A stretch of 64,000 bases of DNA from an uncultured Acidimicrobiales bacterium (GTDB taxonomy: Bacteria > Actinomycetota > Acidimicrobiia > Acidimicrobiales > UBA8190): positions 59,198 to 123,197 of the forward strand of contig CAVUBP010000001.1 in the NCBI GenBank assembly GCA_963739765.1, read 5' to 3'. Under the pieces are notes generated by a model. The model had not been told where the DNA came from, did not search any database, and saw only the letters and a program-made list of their open reading frames with translations. Shown here in pieces: positions 10,723 through 21,389 of this stretch. The position numbers were made by a program, and so were the translations under genes. Position 1 is the first letter of the stretch. Each line of letters starts with the position of its first letter.

Positions 10723-11280
10723 GGGCCCGCCACCTCGGCGTCGGTCCATCCCCGGGGTTGGACGTCGCCGGGGTACTCGATGGCGTCCCAACCCACGCCG
10801 TCGCGGTTCCCTCCGTACTCCGGAGCGCCGTACATGCCTTCGCAGCAGTGCTCGTAGACCAGCGCGGTGAAGGCGCGACAGCTCCGCAGCCGCTCGTCCT
10901 GGTCCTCGGGCGCGAGGTCGCAGAACTCCGGCACCGAGCTCCGCCAACCCCGCGCGGTACCGCTCCTGGAGGCCCTCGACCGGCCCGTTGAACTCGCGCT
11001 CGGGCAGGCCGCGCGACCCTTCGATCCGCGTCCGCCACGCCAACTCGTCGAGCGCGCTCAACCGGTGGAAGCGGGCGAACGCGGCGTCGCCGCCGTGACG
11101 CCCCGAGGTCGGGCCCCCGGCCCAGATCCGCGGCGGGTCGACGAGAAAGGCCCCGAGCAGCCCGTCGATGTACTCCGGCACCCCGGCGCTCGTCGCACCG
11201 GCGGTGTCGTCCTCGGGCACGAGCCGGTCACACGCCGCGCACAGGATGCGGAACTCGTCGTCGGTGAGCCACCGAGGCAT
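10719..11280 (-). pseudogene. Gluconate 2-dehydrogenase subunit 3 family protein; one frameshift
   Basis: ATG 11280 opens MPRWLTDDEFRILCAACDRLVPEDDTAGATSAGVPEYIDGLL. The C-part EGMYGAPEYGGNRDGVGWDAIEYPGD lies in ORF 10719-10934. The shift is near 10935. Confidence 0.7.
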
Positions 11281-11436
11281 CAGTCGTGGCGACGGCTGCA
11301 CGTCGACGTGCCGCGCCACCTCGCCATGGCCCCCCTCGCTGACATCGGCGTCACCGTACCATCGGCGCCGCGACGCGCACCGTGCCCGCGGGCGCCGCCA
11401 CCCACCCAGCGCTAGCCTCACCGGGCCGTGAGCGCC

Positions 11437-11730
11437 ATGCACGTCGCCGCCCTCGAGATGGAGCTCCACATCGGTGCGAGCGACTCGCTCAAGGCCAAGC
11501 GCGCCGTGGTCCGACACCTCGTCGAGACGGCCCGGCGCCGCTTCGGGGTCTCGGCTTCGGAGGTCGCCCACCACGACCTGTGGCAGCGGACGGCCATCGG
11601 TTTCTGCACCGTCGCCCCCGACGCCCACCACGTGGAGGAGATCCTCGACCGGGTGGAGCGGTTCGTCTGGTCGCACCCCGAGGTCACCGTCGTCTCCAGC
11701 GTGCGACACTGGCTCGACCTGGACCCGTGA
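11437..11730 (+). CDS. DUF503 domain protein (YlxP-like)
   Basis: ATG 11437 (alternative GTG 11428). MHVAALEMELHIGASDSLKAKRAVVRHLVETARRRF matches the DUF503 N-terminal pattern. The ORF is intact. Confidence 0.7.
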   Translation: MHVAALEMELHIGASDSLKAKRAVVRHLVETARRRFGVSASEVAHHDLWQRTAIGFCTVAPDAHHVEEILDRVERFVWSHPEVTVVSSVRHWLDLDP

Positions 11731-11762
11731 CCACCGCCTCGGGGCGGAGAGGGGAACCGAGC

Positions 11763-11813
11763 CGATGACGGTGACCCGATGACGGTGACCCGATGACGGT
11801 GACCCGATGACGG
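11763..11813. repeat. 14-bp tandem repeat (CGATGACGGTGACC x3 plus a 9-nt partial copy) at the 5' end of the SulP gene
   Basis: There are perfect copies at 11763-11776, 11777-11790 and 11791-11804, and a partial copy at 11805-11813. Each copy contains an ATG; the ATG in the partial copy (11807) opens the SulP ORF. Confidence 0.9.
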
Positions 11814-13526
11814 CGCCGCACCCGGCGCGGCCCTGGCTGCGGATGCCCCCGCTCATGGGATCGCTGGCCGGCTACCGCCGGCAGTGGTTGGGGCCGGACC
11901 TGCTGGCCGGGATCACCCTGCTCGCCATCGCCGTGCCCGAGCAACTGGCCACCTCGCGCCTGGCCGGCATGCCTCCGGTGACCGGGCTGTACGTCGTTCA
12001 TCGCGGGAACCCTCGCCTTCGCGGTGCTGGGCTCGGCCCCTCAGCTGTCGGTGGGAGCCGACTCCACCATCGCACCGCTGTTCGCAGCCGGGATCGCCCG
12101 CCTCGCGCCCACCGGTTCGGCGAACTACCTGGCTCTCGTGTCGCTGCTGGCGGTCACCGTGGGCGTGCTCGTGGCGATCGTGGGCCTGTTGCGGCTGGGA
12201 TGGATCGCGGACTTCCTCTCGGCGCCGATCATCACGGGGTTCCTCGCCGGTGTGGCGGTGATCATCGTCGTGCACCAGCTGCCCGACCTCTTCGCGCTGG
12301 CGCCGGTCTCGGGCTCCACCGTGCACCGCGTGAGCGACGTGGTGCGCCACCTCGGGCGGGCCAACGGTGGGCCCTCGGCATCGGCGTGGCCGTCTTCGCT
12401 CTGGTCTCGGCGGCGGAGCGCATCGACCGCAAGCTCCCCGGGGCGTTGCTGGGCCTGGTGGGCTCCACCGTCGTGGTCGCCGTCGCCGGGCTCCACGCCC
12501 ACGGGGTCCCGGTGCTCGGGACCGTGGCCCACGGCCCACCGCACCTGGGCCTCGCTGACCTGTCGTTGTCGTCACTGGGCCAGGTGATTCCCGTCGCGGC
12601 CGTGGTGGCGCTCGTCGTGCTCAGCCAGACCGCCGCCACCACGCGGGCCTTCTCGGACTTGGGTGGCTACCGCGTCGACGTGAACCGCGACTTCGTCGGC
12701 GTCGGGGCGGGCAGCATCGTGGCCGGCGTGACGGGGTCGTTCGCCACCAACGCCAGCCCGGCCCGGACCGGCGCGGTGGCATCGGCGGGGGGCCGGACCC
12801 AGTTGTCGGGCCTCGCCGCGGCCGCCGGCGTCGCACTCGTGGTGCCCGCCGCCGGGCTGCTCAAGGACGTGCCGCTGGCCACGCTGGCGGCGATCCTCAT
12901 CTTCGTGGCCACCCGGCTCTTCCGCGTCGGGCAGCTGGCGTCGGTCTTTCGCTTCGACCGCTGGGAGTTCGGGCTCGCCGTGGTGACGCTGCTCACCGTG
13001 GCCTTCGTCGGCGTCGAGCAGGGGATCGGCGTGGCCGTCGGGCTCGCCATCCTCGACCGCACGCGGCGCTCGGCCGCGTCCGCGCAGCTACGTGCTCGGG
13101 AAGATCCCCGGGACGACGAGCTGGGAGCCACTGCACCACCACGACCGGCCGGTGACCGTGCCCGGCGTCGTCGTCGTGCAGTGGTTGGCGCCGGTGTACT
13201 ACGCCAACGCCTCGGTGTTCCAGGCCGAGATCCACAAGGCGCTGGCCGAGGCGACGAGCCCCCCCACCGTGCTCGTGATCGACGCCGATGCCATCTCCGA
13301 CATCGACTACACCGCCACCAGGGCGGTGCGCGCCCTCATCGACGACCTCGACCGGTCCCACATCGTCGTGGGGGTGGCGCGGGCGGTGGGCGGTGCGCCC
13401 CGGAACCTCCGCCGCAGCGGGTTGCTCGATCGCATCGGCGGCGGCCGGGTCTTCTCGACCATCGACGAGGCGGTGAGCGCCTTGCACCCCGGGCCGGGCG
13501 AACAGTCGCAACCCACATCCGAATAG
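11807..13526 (+). pseudogene. SulP-family anion permease with C-terminal STAS domain; three frameshifts
   Basis: ATG 11807. Blocks are LLAGITLLAIAVPEQLATSRLAGMPPVTGLY, FIAGTLAFAVLGSAPQLSVGADST and GVGAGSIVAGVTGSFATNASPARTGAVASAGGRTQLSG. The STAS part is VVVVQWLAPVYYANASVF..VIDADAISDIDYTATRAV. Shifts lie near 11996, 12365 and 13085. Stop is TAG 13524-13526. Confidence 0.8.
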
Positions 13527-13556
13527 TCGCGATCCACCCCGGCCCCGGGCCAGGGC

Positions 13557-14637
13557 TCAGGAGCGGCGCTGCTCCTTGTCGACTCCGGACGACCCGGCGA
13601 CGTCGGCGACCCGGACCACGCGTGCGGTCGGTCGCGACGGGGTGGCCTCGGGGAGGAACCACCGGAACCAGATCCGGCCCCGGGAGTGCCCGGCGGTCGA
13701 GATCCAGTTGGGATGGCCCGGGTCGCGGCGCGCCACCACCACCCGCCACGAGCCGTCGGGCTCGTAGACCGCCTGGTCGCCGTTGAGGGTGACGCGCTCG
13801 TAGGCGTAGTCGTAGGTGTGCAGGAATTGGTTCCACAGACAGACGTTCCAGAACGCGCACACCGGGGAGCGGCCCTCGATGACGAGCGCCTCGTCCTCGT
13901 CGAGCTCGTAGGAGCCCATGGCATAGGCGGCGTCGCCCGCCGCCCATCCGAAGGTCTGGCTGGGGACACCGTAGGGCTCGTCCACGGTGTTGGGCGTGCC
14001 CAGCGGGATGGGCACGATGCCGCGCCTGGTCGCGGATCCAGGTGAGCGTGGCCCGGAAGCGGCGGGCGAGATCGGCGTCGTCCTCGATGCGGGTGGCGGG
14101 AGGATCGAGCGCCTCGATGTGCCACTGCGCCCGGCGACCCGCCACCGGGTCGGCGAGGTAGTCCCGGGTGATGGCGCACACCGCGTCGGGCTCGAGCTTC
14201 AACCATGCACCCTCGTGGGGCTCGGCGCTGAGCACGATCGAGAAGGACCCGTCGTCGGCGATGTCGAGCGCCCGGTCGTTGACCGTGCCCACGATGCGCT
14301 CGGAGTAGCGCCCGTCGGACGGCCCGCCGTAGACGGTGAGCGAGAGGTAGTCGGCGTCTCCCCGTGCCCCGGTGACCACGTAGGTCCGGTCGGGGTCGAT
14401 CGGCGCGTACTGGTAGAAGGCATCCGCGTTGTCGCCGCCCCACTTGCGGTACGGGCCGACGATGTCGACGAAGCGCGGCCGGGCCGGGTCGGCCCAGACA
14501 TGGGCGTCGAGGCCCACGGCCAGGATGGAGAAGATCCACTTGTAGCCCTCGAGGACGCTCAGCTCGTCGAGGGGCACGTCGGGGAGGAACATGCGGTCCT
14601 CGAGCGCGCGCAGCTCGTCGAGGATCTCGTGGAACAC
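13557..14637 (-). pseudogene. DUF1214 domain protein; one frameshift
   Basis: GTG 14637 opens VFHEILDELRALEDRMF..WGGDNADAFYQYAPIDPDRTYVVTG. The C-part, ORF 13557-14015, reads VCAFWNVCLWNQFLHTYDYAYERVTLNG..HPNWISTAGHSRGRIWFRWFLPE. The shift is near 14010-14030. Confidence 0.7.
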
Positions 14638-14710
14638 CGCCGCGGTGAGCGGGGCCGGGACCGAACGCTCCGGTCGCGGACGGATCGGTGTCGGGCACGG
14701 GGCTCGAATC

Positions 14711-15262
14711 TACGGGCGGCGCCGGTGCCGGGCGCGGGGCACGGGCCTCCCACTCGCGGCGGTAGAGGACCCAGATCAACCGGGACCCCGTCTCGCCGGG
14801 CGCTTCGGGCTCGTGCTCGACGCGTCCCGGTCAGCCGGTAGCCGAGCTTGGGGGGGACCGAGGCGCTGGCGATGTTGGCCTCGTCGCAGTGGATCTCCAT
14901 GCGCTCGATGCCGCGCAACCCGAACCCGACCGCGCGTCGAGCGCGCCGGCGCGACGCCGTGGCGATGCCCCGGCGGGTGTGGTCGACGTGGACCCAGTAG
15001 CCGATCTCGAGCGCGCTGGGCCCGATCCGACGGTGCAGGCCGCACCCGCCCACCAGCGTCCGTCGGGGAGGAAGATGCCGTACTCGTAGCCGCTGCCCGA
15101 GTTCCACAGCGGTGGCGGGGCCGAGGAGGCGTTCGCGCTGGGTCTCGAGCGAGGTGCCTTCGGGCGTGGCCCATGGCATCCAGGGCCGGAGGTGCTCGAG
15201 GCTCTCGGTGGCCGCCGTCGCCACGGCGGGGGCGTCGTCGACGGTCAGGCGGCGCAGGATCG
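14711..15262 (-). pseudogene. GNAT N-acetyltransferase (RimJ/RimL-like); several frameshifts, ends unresolved
   Basis: The blocks LRRLTVDDAPAV..LEHLRPWMPW, YEYGIFLPDGR, LVGGCGLHRRIGPSALEIGYWVHVDHTRRGIAT, IERMEIHCDEANIASASVPPKLGYRL and IWVLYRREWEA are scattered over three frames. No clean start or stop was found. Confidence 0.55.
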
Positions 15263-18006
15263 ACGCCGTCGCGCTTCGACCTCTTCGGGGGCGACCAGGG
15301 CGCGACCGCGCGTCCCCGATCGCGTCGGCCGCGACGTCGCACGGGCCGGCTCCTCAGGCCCGGCGCGGGGTGGCGCGGCCGCAACCCCTCCAGTGTCAGC
15401 TCGGAGAAGGCGGTGACACTCGACGGCACTCCCCGACACCGGGCACCTCGGCACCGTCGGCGACGGCCCGCTGCGCCGGTCGAGCCCGTGCAGGACCACC
15501 CGGACCGCCGTGGGCGGTGCGAAGTCGCCGGCGCGCTCCCACGTCACCGTGGCGGTCGACCCGGGGCGTGCTCCCTCCACGCGGAGCGTGTCGCGTCGGA
15601 CCGGGCCGTCGCCGTCTCCGGCGTCGTCGATGCACACGCCCTGCCGCGCACACCGTCCTCGTCGGGCCAGCAGTGAAAGGCGAGATGGCGCGGGGCGTGG
15701 TCGAGAGCCAACCGGTCCGACGCCGCACCCGACGCGCGCCGGTGGCCGCCGGTGTCACCGTCGACGTCGACAGAGCCCGCCCGGATCCGCCCATCCGTCG
15801 TCGAGCGGGATGACCGAGCCCGGCCCGGGCCAGGACGGGGATCCGGTCCAACGGGGCCGACGCCACCGTCGCCGTCGACGCGGTCGCGGCATCGCCGACA
15901 GGTCACCGGCCCAGATGCCGTCCACCGGCCCGGACGTGAAGCACCAGCGCGGCCGGCGCGCCACCGGGCTCGGTGACCGGTGCCACCAGCAGCGCGTCAC
16001 CGAGGAGAAAGGCATCGTCGACCTCGATCGCGCCGGTGCCGGTGCCGGTGCCGGTGCCGGTGTCGGCGTCCGGTCGCTGGCGCGACCACCACAACGGGCG
16101 GATGAAGCGGGGCGCCGGTCTCAGACGCCAGGTGGGCCAGGGTGTAGAGATAGGGCAGCAGGCGGTACCGGAACCGGATCCAGGCCGCCACCAGTTGGCG
16201 GGTGGGCTCGGCGAAGCACCACGGCTCACGGGGCGGGACGCCGCGCACCGAGTGGGTGCGGCAATAGGGCATGAAGACGCTCATCTGCAACCAGCGGAGG
16301 TAGAGCTCGTCGTCGGGGATGCCGCTGAAGCCGCCGATGTCCGATCCCGAGTAGGGGACCCCCGACAGCCCGAGCCCGACGACGGTGGCGACCTGCTGGC
16401 GCATCGACTCCCACGTCGACGCGACGTCCCCGGTCCAGTTCCAGGCCCAGCGCTGCATGCCCGCCCAACCCGAGCGCGACACGATGAAGGGCCGTCGGTC
16501 GGGCACCGCCTGGCGGAGGCCTTCGTACCCGGCCCGGTTCATGAGCAGCCCGTAGAGGTTGTGGCCCTCGGCGTGGTCCCCGCCGCGTCCGTCGAAGTGG
16601 TGGCGGGTCGAGGTCGGGAAGCGTCGGGTCACCGAGCAACGCGATCGACGTGGGCTCGTTCATGTCGTGCCAGATCCCCGCCACACCGGCGTCGGTGAGC
16701 GTGCGGTACTTCCCCGCCCACCACGACCGGGTGCCGGGGTCGGTGAAGTCGGGGAAGGCGCTGCGCCCGGGCCAGACGATGCCTTCGGCCAGATGCCCGT
16801 GGGCGTCGGTGCAGAAGCGGTGCTGGTCGCGGCCTTCGCGGAACACGTCGTAGTCGGGGTCGATCTTCACCCCCGCGTCGACGATCGTCACCACGCGCGC
16901 CCCGGTGGCGGCCACCTCCGTCGTGCCAGGCGACCGAGATCGGGGAACTTGTCGGGATCGACCGTGAAGACCCGGAAGCCGCGCATGTAGTCGATGTCGA
17001 GGTGGACCGCGCTGAGGGGGAGGCCGAGCTTCGCGAAGCCGTCGGTGATGGCACGCACGTCGGACTTCGTTCTTGTATCCCCAGCGACTCTGGTGATAGC
17101 CCAGCGCCCAGCGCGGGGCCAGGGCGGGGCGTCCCGTGAGCTCGGTGTAGCGGTCGACGAGATGGGGCACGGGTCCCGGCGATCAGGTACCGGCGGAGCA
17201 CGCCACCGGCGAACCGCACCGTGGCGGTCCCGGCTTCGTCACCGCGTGTCCCGGCGGGCTCGCCGAAGTCGAAGGTGGCGCGGGTCGAGTTCTCGTAGAA
17301 GCACGAGGACGTCCCCGTCGGCATGGGTCGAGACCACGACCGGGATGCCGAGATAGAGCGGGCTCTTCCCCGGGCCCCACGAACCACCCGGGTCGGTGTT
17401 CCACAAGGTGACCGCGGCGCCGCGCCGGTCGATGCCCAGGGCCTGTTCGCCGAGCCCGCACATCCGCTCACCGGCGCGCATGCGAGAACGACTGCTCCCA
17501 CGCCGCGCCGCGCCGGGCCGGGGCCGACTCGGCTGCGCAGCAGGGTGCCGTCGGGTCGCGCCGTGCGGAGCGAACCGTCGGGCAGACACCGTGACTTCGA
17601 GCGCCTCGCTGCGCAGCACCCAGGCGCCGTCGGCGCGCAGGGCGTCGATGGGATGGGCCTGGACCACCGGGACCGGGCCCGCGATGCCCCCGGCGATGGC
17701 ATAGGGGACCGGGGCCGGGCCCGGGTCCCCACGACACGCGGACGGTGTCGGCGGCGAGGAAGGACACCTCGAGCCGGGCCCGCTCGAAATGGAACTGGGC
17801 CGTTCCCGGCTGCGGGGTTCCAGACCTCGACGCGCTCGAGTCGGCCCGGGCGACACCGGAGCGGCGTCGCGGCGCGGCGCGGCGCCGGTCCGCGTCCGTT
17901 GCAAATGCCGTCGCGCCGAGTTGGCGAGGATCAGGCCGACGGTGTGGAGTCCGAGATGATGGACGGCGTGGGCCGTGACCCGGGCCTGGGTGGTGGCGCG
18001 GCGCAA
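15245..18006 (-). pseudogene. Glycoside hydrolase family 31 (alpha-glucosidase/alpha-xylosidase-like); heavily frameshifted
   Basis: TTG 18006 (start uncertain). These blocks lie in alternating frames: GLGEQALGIDRRGAAVTLWNTD, ALAPRWALGYHQSRWGY, GIWHDMNEP (nucleophile Asp region), RPFIVSRSGWAGMQRWAWNWTGDVASTWESM, GSDIGGF, IPVLARAGSVIPL. Confidence 0.75.
16035..16070. repeat. Hexanucleotide microsatellite (GGTGCC x4 plus two degenerate units) inside the GH31 gene
   Basis: Perfect units lie at 16035-16058, followed by GGTGTC and GGCGTC. On the - strand it encodes DADTGTGTGTGTGA. Confidence 0.9.
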
Positions 18007-18260
18007 CGTCGTTCGTGGGCGGGGCCACGAATGGCGAGGCTACGTGCCCGGCACGCGTGGCGTGCGCCGGGGCCCGGTCCATCGGATGACGGTGCGTGCC
18101 CGAAGACCACGTACCGCGGGTAGGGGCCCGTGCTGAGGTAGGGTCGTCACGGTCACCATGCAAGCTTCCGCGTTCGCTTCGCGTCGTCACACCGATCGGG
18201 ACCGGGCCGCGCCCGCCCCGGTGCCTGGCTTCGCCGCTGGGGCGCGACGTCTCGGTGCGG

Positions 18261-19246
18261 ATGATCCCCCACAAGCTCGTCGTCGACGGCCGACGCGATG
18301 CGCTACGCCATGTCGGACAACGCGCGACGCGCACGGTCCCGAAGGGCCCGGGGAGCGAGCCCATCTGGGCCGTCAACCTCCACGGGTACTTCGCCGGTGG
18401 CGGGATGTACTGGCGAGAGAGCAGCCACCTCGCCGAGGCGCTCGGCTGGCGCGTGCTCAACCCCAGCCTGCCGGGATTCGCCGGCAGCGACCCGCTGCCG
18501 TGGGAGCGGGTCACCATCCGCGAGATCGCCGATGTGGTCGGGCATCTGCTCGACGAGGTCGGGGCGCCGACGGGCCATCCTGCTCGGGCACTCCATGGGC
18601 GGTGCGGTGGCGGTGCAGTTCGCCGATGCCCACCCCGAGCGGGTGCTCGGCATCGTCTACCGCGACGGCGCGGCCACACCGGGCTGGAAGCACCGGCGCG
18701 GCGTGCTCGTGTCGCTGTTGTCGCCCGTACTTCCCGACATGGCCGGCGTCGCCGACCTCCTCATGGCGGCGGTCCTCGACACGCCGGACCTGTTCGTCGG
18801 GTCGACGCCTGGCCTCGACCCTGCGGGGGCTGTGGCCCGACGCGCACCGCAACCTCCGTTCGATGGGACGCACGTTGCCCGTGGGATCGATGCTCATGGC
18901 GCATGGACCTGCGCCCCGAGGTCGAGCGCATCGTGGCGGGCGGCATGCCCCTCCTCCCGGTCTGGGGTTGCTTCGACCGGATCGTGAATCCCGACACGGC
19001 CCGGGAGTTCGCCGAGCTCACGGGCATCGACATCGTGTGGGTTCCCGGTGGGCCACTCCTGGATGCTGCCGCGCCCCCAGGGCCAGGGCGACATCCTGCG
19101 GCATCTCCGGCGCGGCCGGGACTTCGTCGCCGACGTGCTCGCCCGTCGCCAGGATCCTCCTGGCGGCCGACGGGTCCGAGCCCGAGCCCGCGGTGCACCA
19201 CATGGCAGGCGGGGCAACGGCGGCACCGATCCACCTCCTGCGCTGA
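18261..19246 (+). pseudogene. Alpha/beta hydrolase; at least 3 frameshifts
   Basis: ATG 18261. Blocks are IWAVNLHGYFAGGGMYW, the nucleophile elbow LLGHSMGGAVAV, and MPLLPVWGCFDRIVNPD. Frame changes lie near 18590, 18800 and 19050. Stop is at 19244-19246. Confidence 0.7.
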
Positions 19247-19380
19247 ACGGCGCCACCGCGGCGCAGTTCGCTGGAGGGTCGTGCGGTGACGCCCGTACAC
19301 TGGACCGGGCCGCGGGCCCGACACGTGAGCGTCGGCGCGACGGTCGTCGGGGACCGGTCGACCGAGGGGAGGCACGCGCC

Positions 19381-20636
19381 ATGCGCTGGAGCAACGAGGA
19401 CACTCCCGAGCAGCAGGAGTTCCGCGCCGGCTTCCGCTCATGGCTGCACCGACAGCCTGCCCGCCGGGTGGATGGAGGCGGCCGAGAACGGCGACGACGA
19501 CAAGCTCGAGAAGCTGAAGGCCGACAGCGGGTTCAATCCCTTCACCTGGCAGGGGACCATCGGGCGCAGTCCCTATGCGGCTCCGCTGTGGCCCGAGGAG
19601 TTCGGGGGGCTCTCGGGCGAGGTGTGGATGCAGACGGTCATCCGCTCGGAGCTGGTCCGCTACCGGCTGCCGACCGTCTCGATCAACCTTCTCGGCGTGG
19701 GACTCGCCGGCCCCACGCTCATCGCGCACGGGACCCAGGCGCAGAAGGAGCGGTACCTGCGCAAGATCCTCTCCGCCGAAGAGATCTGGTGCCAGCTCTT
19801 CAGCGAGCCCGGCTCGGGCTCGGACCTGGCGTCGCTCTCGACGCGGGCGGTGCGCGACGGGGACGAGTGGGTCGTCAACGGCCAGAAGGTGTGGACCACG
19901 ATCGCCCAGTTCGCCAAGTTCGGCATGCTCCTCGCCCGCACCGAACCCCGACGTCCCCAAGCACGAGGGGCTCAGCTACTTCATCCTGGACATGAAGTCT
20001 CCGGGTGTCGATGTCCGGCCCCTCAAGCAGATGACGGGGTCGTCGGAGTTCAACGAGGTGTTCCTCACCGACGTGCGGATCCCCGACGCCAACCGCGTGG
20101 GCGACGTCGGAGACGGCTGGCGCTGCGCACGCACCACGCTCATGAACGAGCGCGTGGCGCTGGCCGGCATCTCGCTCGACCCCGTGTCGTTCACCGGAGG
20201 CGTTCGGCGCGACCCCTGGCAGTCCTACCTCGACGGGATCCCCGACCGCACCGACCCGAGCGTCCGTCAGCGACTGGCGCAGTTCTACATCGAGTCCGAG
20301 GTGAAGGAGATCACCGCCTTCCGGGCCAACTCGGCGCGCCTGCGGGGCCAGCAGCCGGGCCCCGAAGGCTCGGTCAACAAGGTGTTCAACGCCGAGTACA
20401 ACCAGCGACGCTCGAACTTCGCCGTGGACGCCAACGGCATCGCGGCGACGGCATGGCTGCCCGGCGACACCCGGGCCGAGGCGCGGGCCACGACGTTCCT
20501 GCGGGCGCGGGCCAACACCATCGAGGGCGGGACCTCCGAGGTCCTGCGCAATCAGATGGCGGAGCGGATCCTCGGCCTGCCCCGAGACGTCGAGGTCGAC
20601 AAGGACGTCGCCTGGGCGGAGGTCGAACGCAGTTGA
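19381..20636 (+). pseudogene. Acyl-CoA dehydrogenase (paralogue of 5759-6973); two frameshifts
   Basis: ATG 19381 opens MRWSNEDTPEQQEFRAGFRSWL. A shift near 19445 leads to ..EIWCQLFSEPGSGSDLASLSTRAVRDGDEWVVNGQKVWTT. A shift near 19945 leads to DVPKHEGLSYFILDMKSPGVDVRPLKQMTGSSEFNEVFLTDVRIP..RANTIEGGTSEVLRNQMAERILGLP. Stop is TGA 20634-20636. Confidence 0.85.
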
Positions 20637-21330
20637 CCACCGTCGACGACGTCGCCGACGGCACGGCGCCGGGTTCGGTCGACGAGGCCCCGACCGCCCG
20701 GGCGACGGTCCGGCCTCGGCGGCACGGCTCGAGGCCGCCGGCGTGCTGCGCGCGCCTCGGTCACGCCATCGTGGCCCACGAGGTCGGCGACGACCTCTTC
20801 GAGCGCATCACCGCCGAGGCGCAGGAGCTGCTGGCGCGTCGTGGAGGCGACCCCGGACCGGATCCGCGCCCCGCTCGACATGGTCCACGCCGTGTTCGTC
20901 GTCCCGCCGCCCGACGGGCGGGGGCGCACCAACTTCCCCGACGACATCGTCACCGGGAAGGCGAACCCGCTGGGCATGGCCGCCGACATCACCCGCGAAG
21001 GCGACGTGGCCGTGCTCGCGGACCACGCTCGGCCCCGCCTTCGAAGGCGCACCGGGACGGGCCCACGGTGGTGCGGTGGCCGCGCTCATCGACGAGGTCA
21101 TGGGGTTCGTGCTCTCGATCAACGCCACCCCGGCCTACACCGGCCGCCTGACCGTCACCTACCGGGCCCCCACACCGCTGGGCGTGGAGCTCGAGATGCG
21201 TGCCCGGCTGCACTCGCGCCACGGTCGCAAGCTCCACATCGAGGCCGACGCCCGTCACGGCTCCACCGTCATCGCCCACGGCGAGGGCCTGTTCATCGCC
21301 GTCGACCCCGAGAGCTTCGCCGCCGGATAG
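20633..21330 (+). pseudogene. Hotdog-fold (PaaI-like) thioesterase domain protein; frameshifted N-part
   Basis: TTG 20633 overlaps the ACAD stop (AGTTGACC). The core GRAHGGAVAALIDEVMGFVLS..YTGRLTVTYRAPTPLGVELEMRA..GEGLFIAV lies in the ORF 20743-21330 frame. The N-terminal half lies in two other frames. Confidence 0.6.
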
Positions 21331-21389
21331 CGCCCGGGTGGGCGGCGCGGCGCGGGCCGGCGCGGGTGCCGGTGCGGGCGTCACGCCGG

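Noticed and set aside
8933-11038. A 701-aa ORF on the - strand.
   Set aside because: Only a short internal piece (..TDGRRATGVEVIGPDGATGAIEARHVVIAG..) belongs to the GMC oxidoreductase. The rest is out-of-frame read-through across the GMC and subunit-3 genes.
11763-11813. Short tandem arrays (also 33032-33079 and 56805-56888) considered as a possible CRISPR.
   Set aside because: The units are contiguous (14, 16 and 21 bp) with no spacers, there are only 3-4 copies, no cas genes are present, and one array is in-frame coding.
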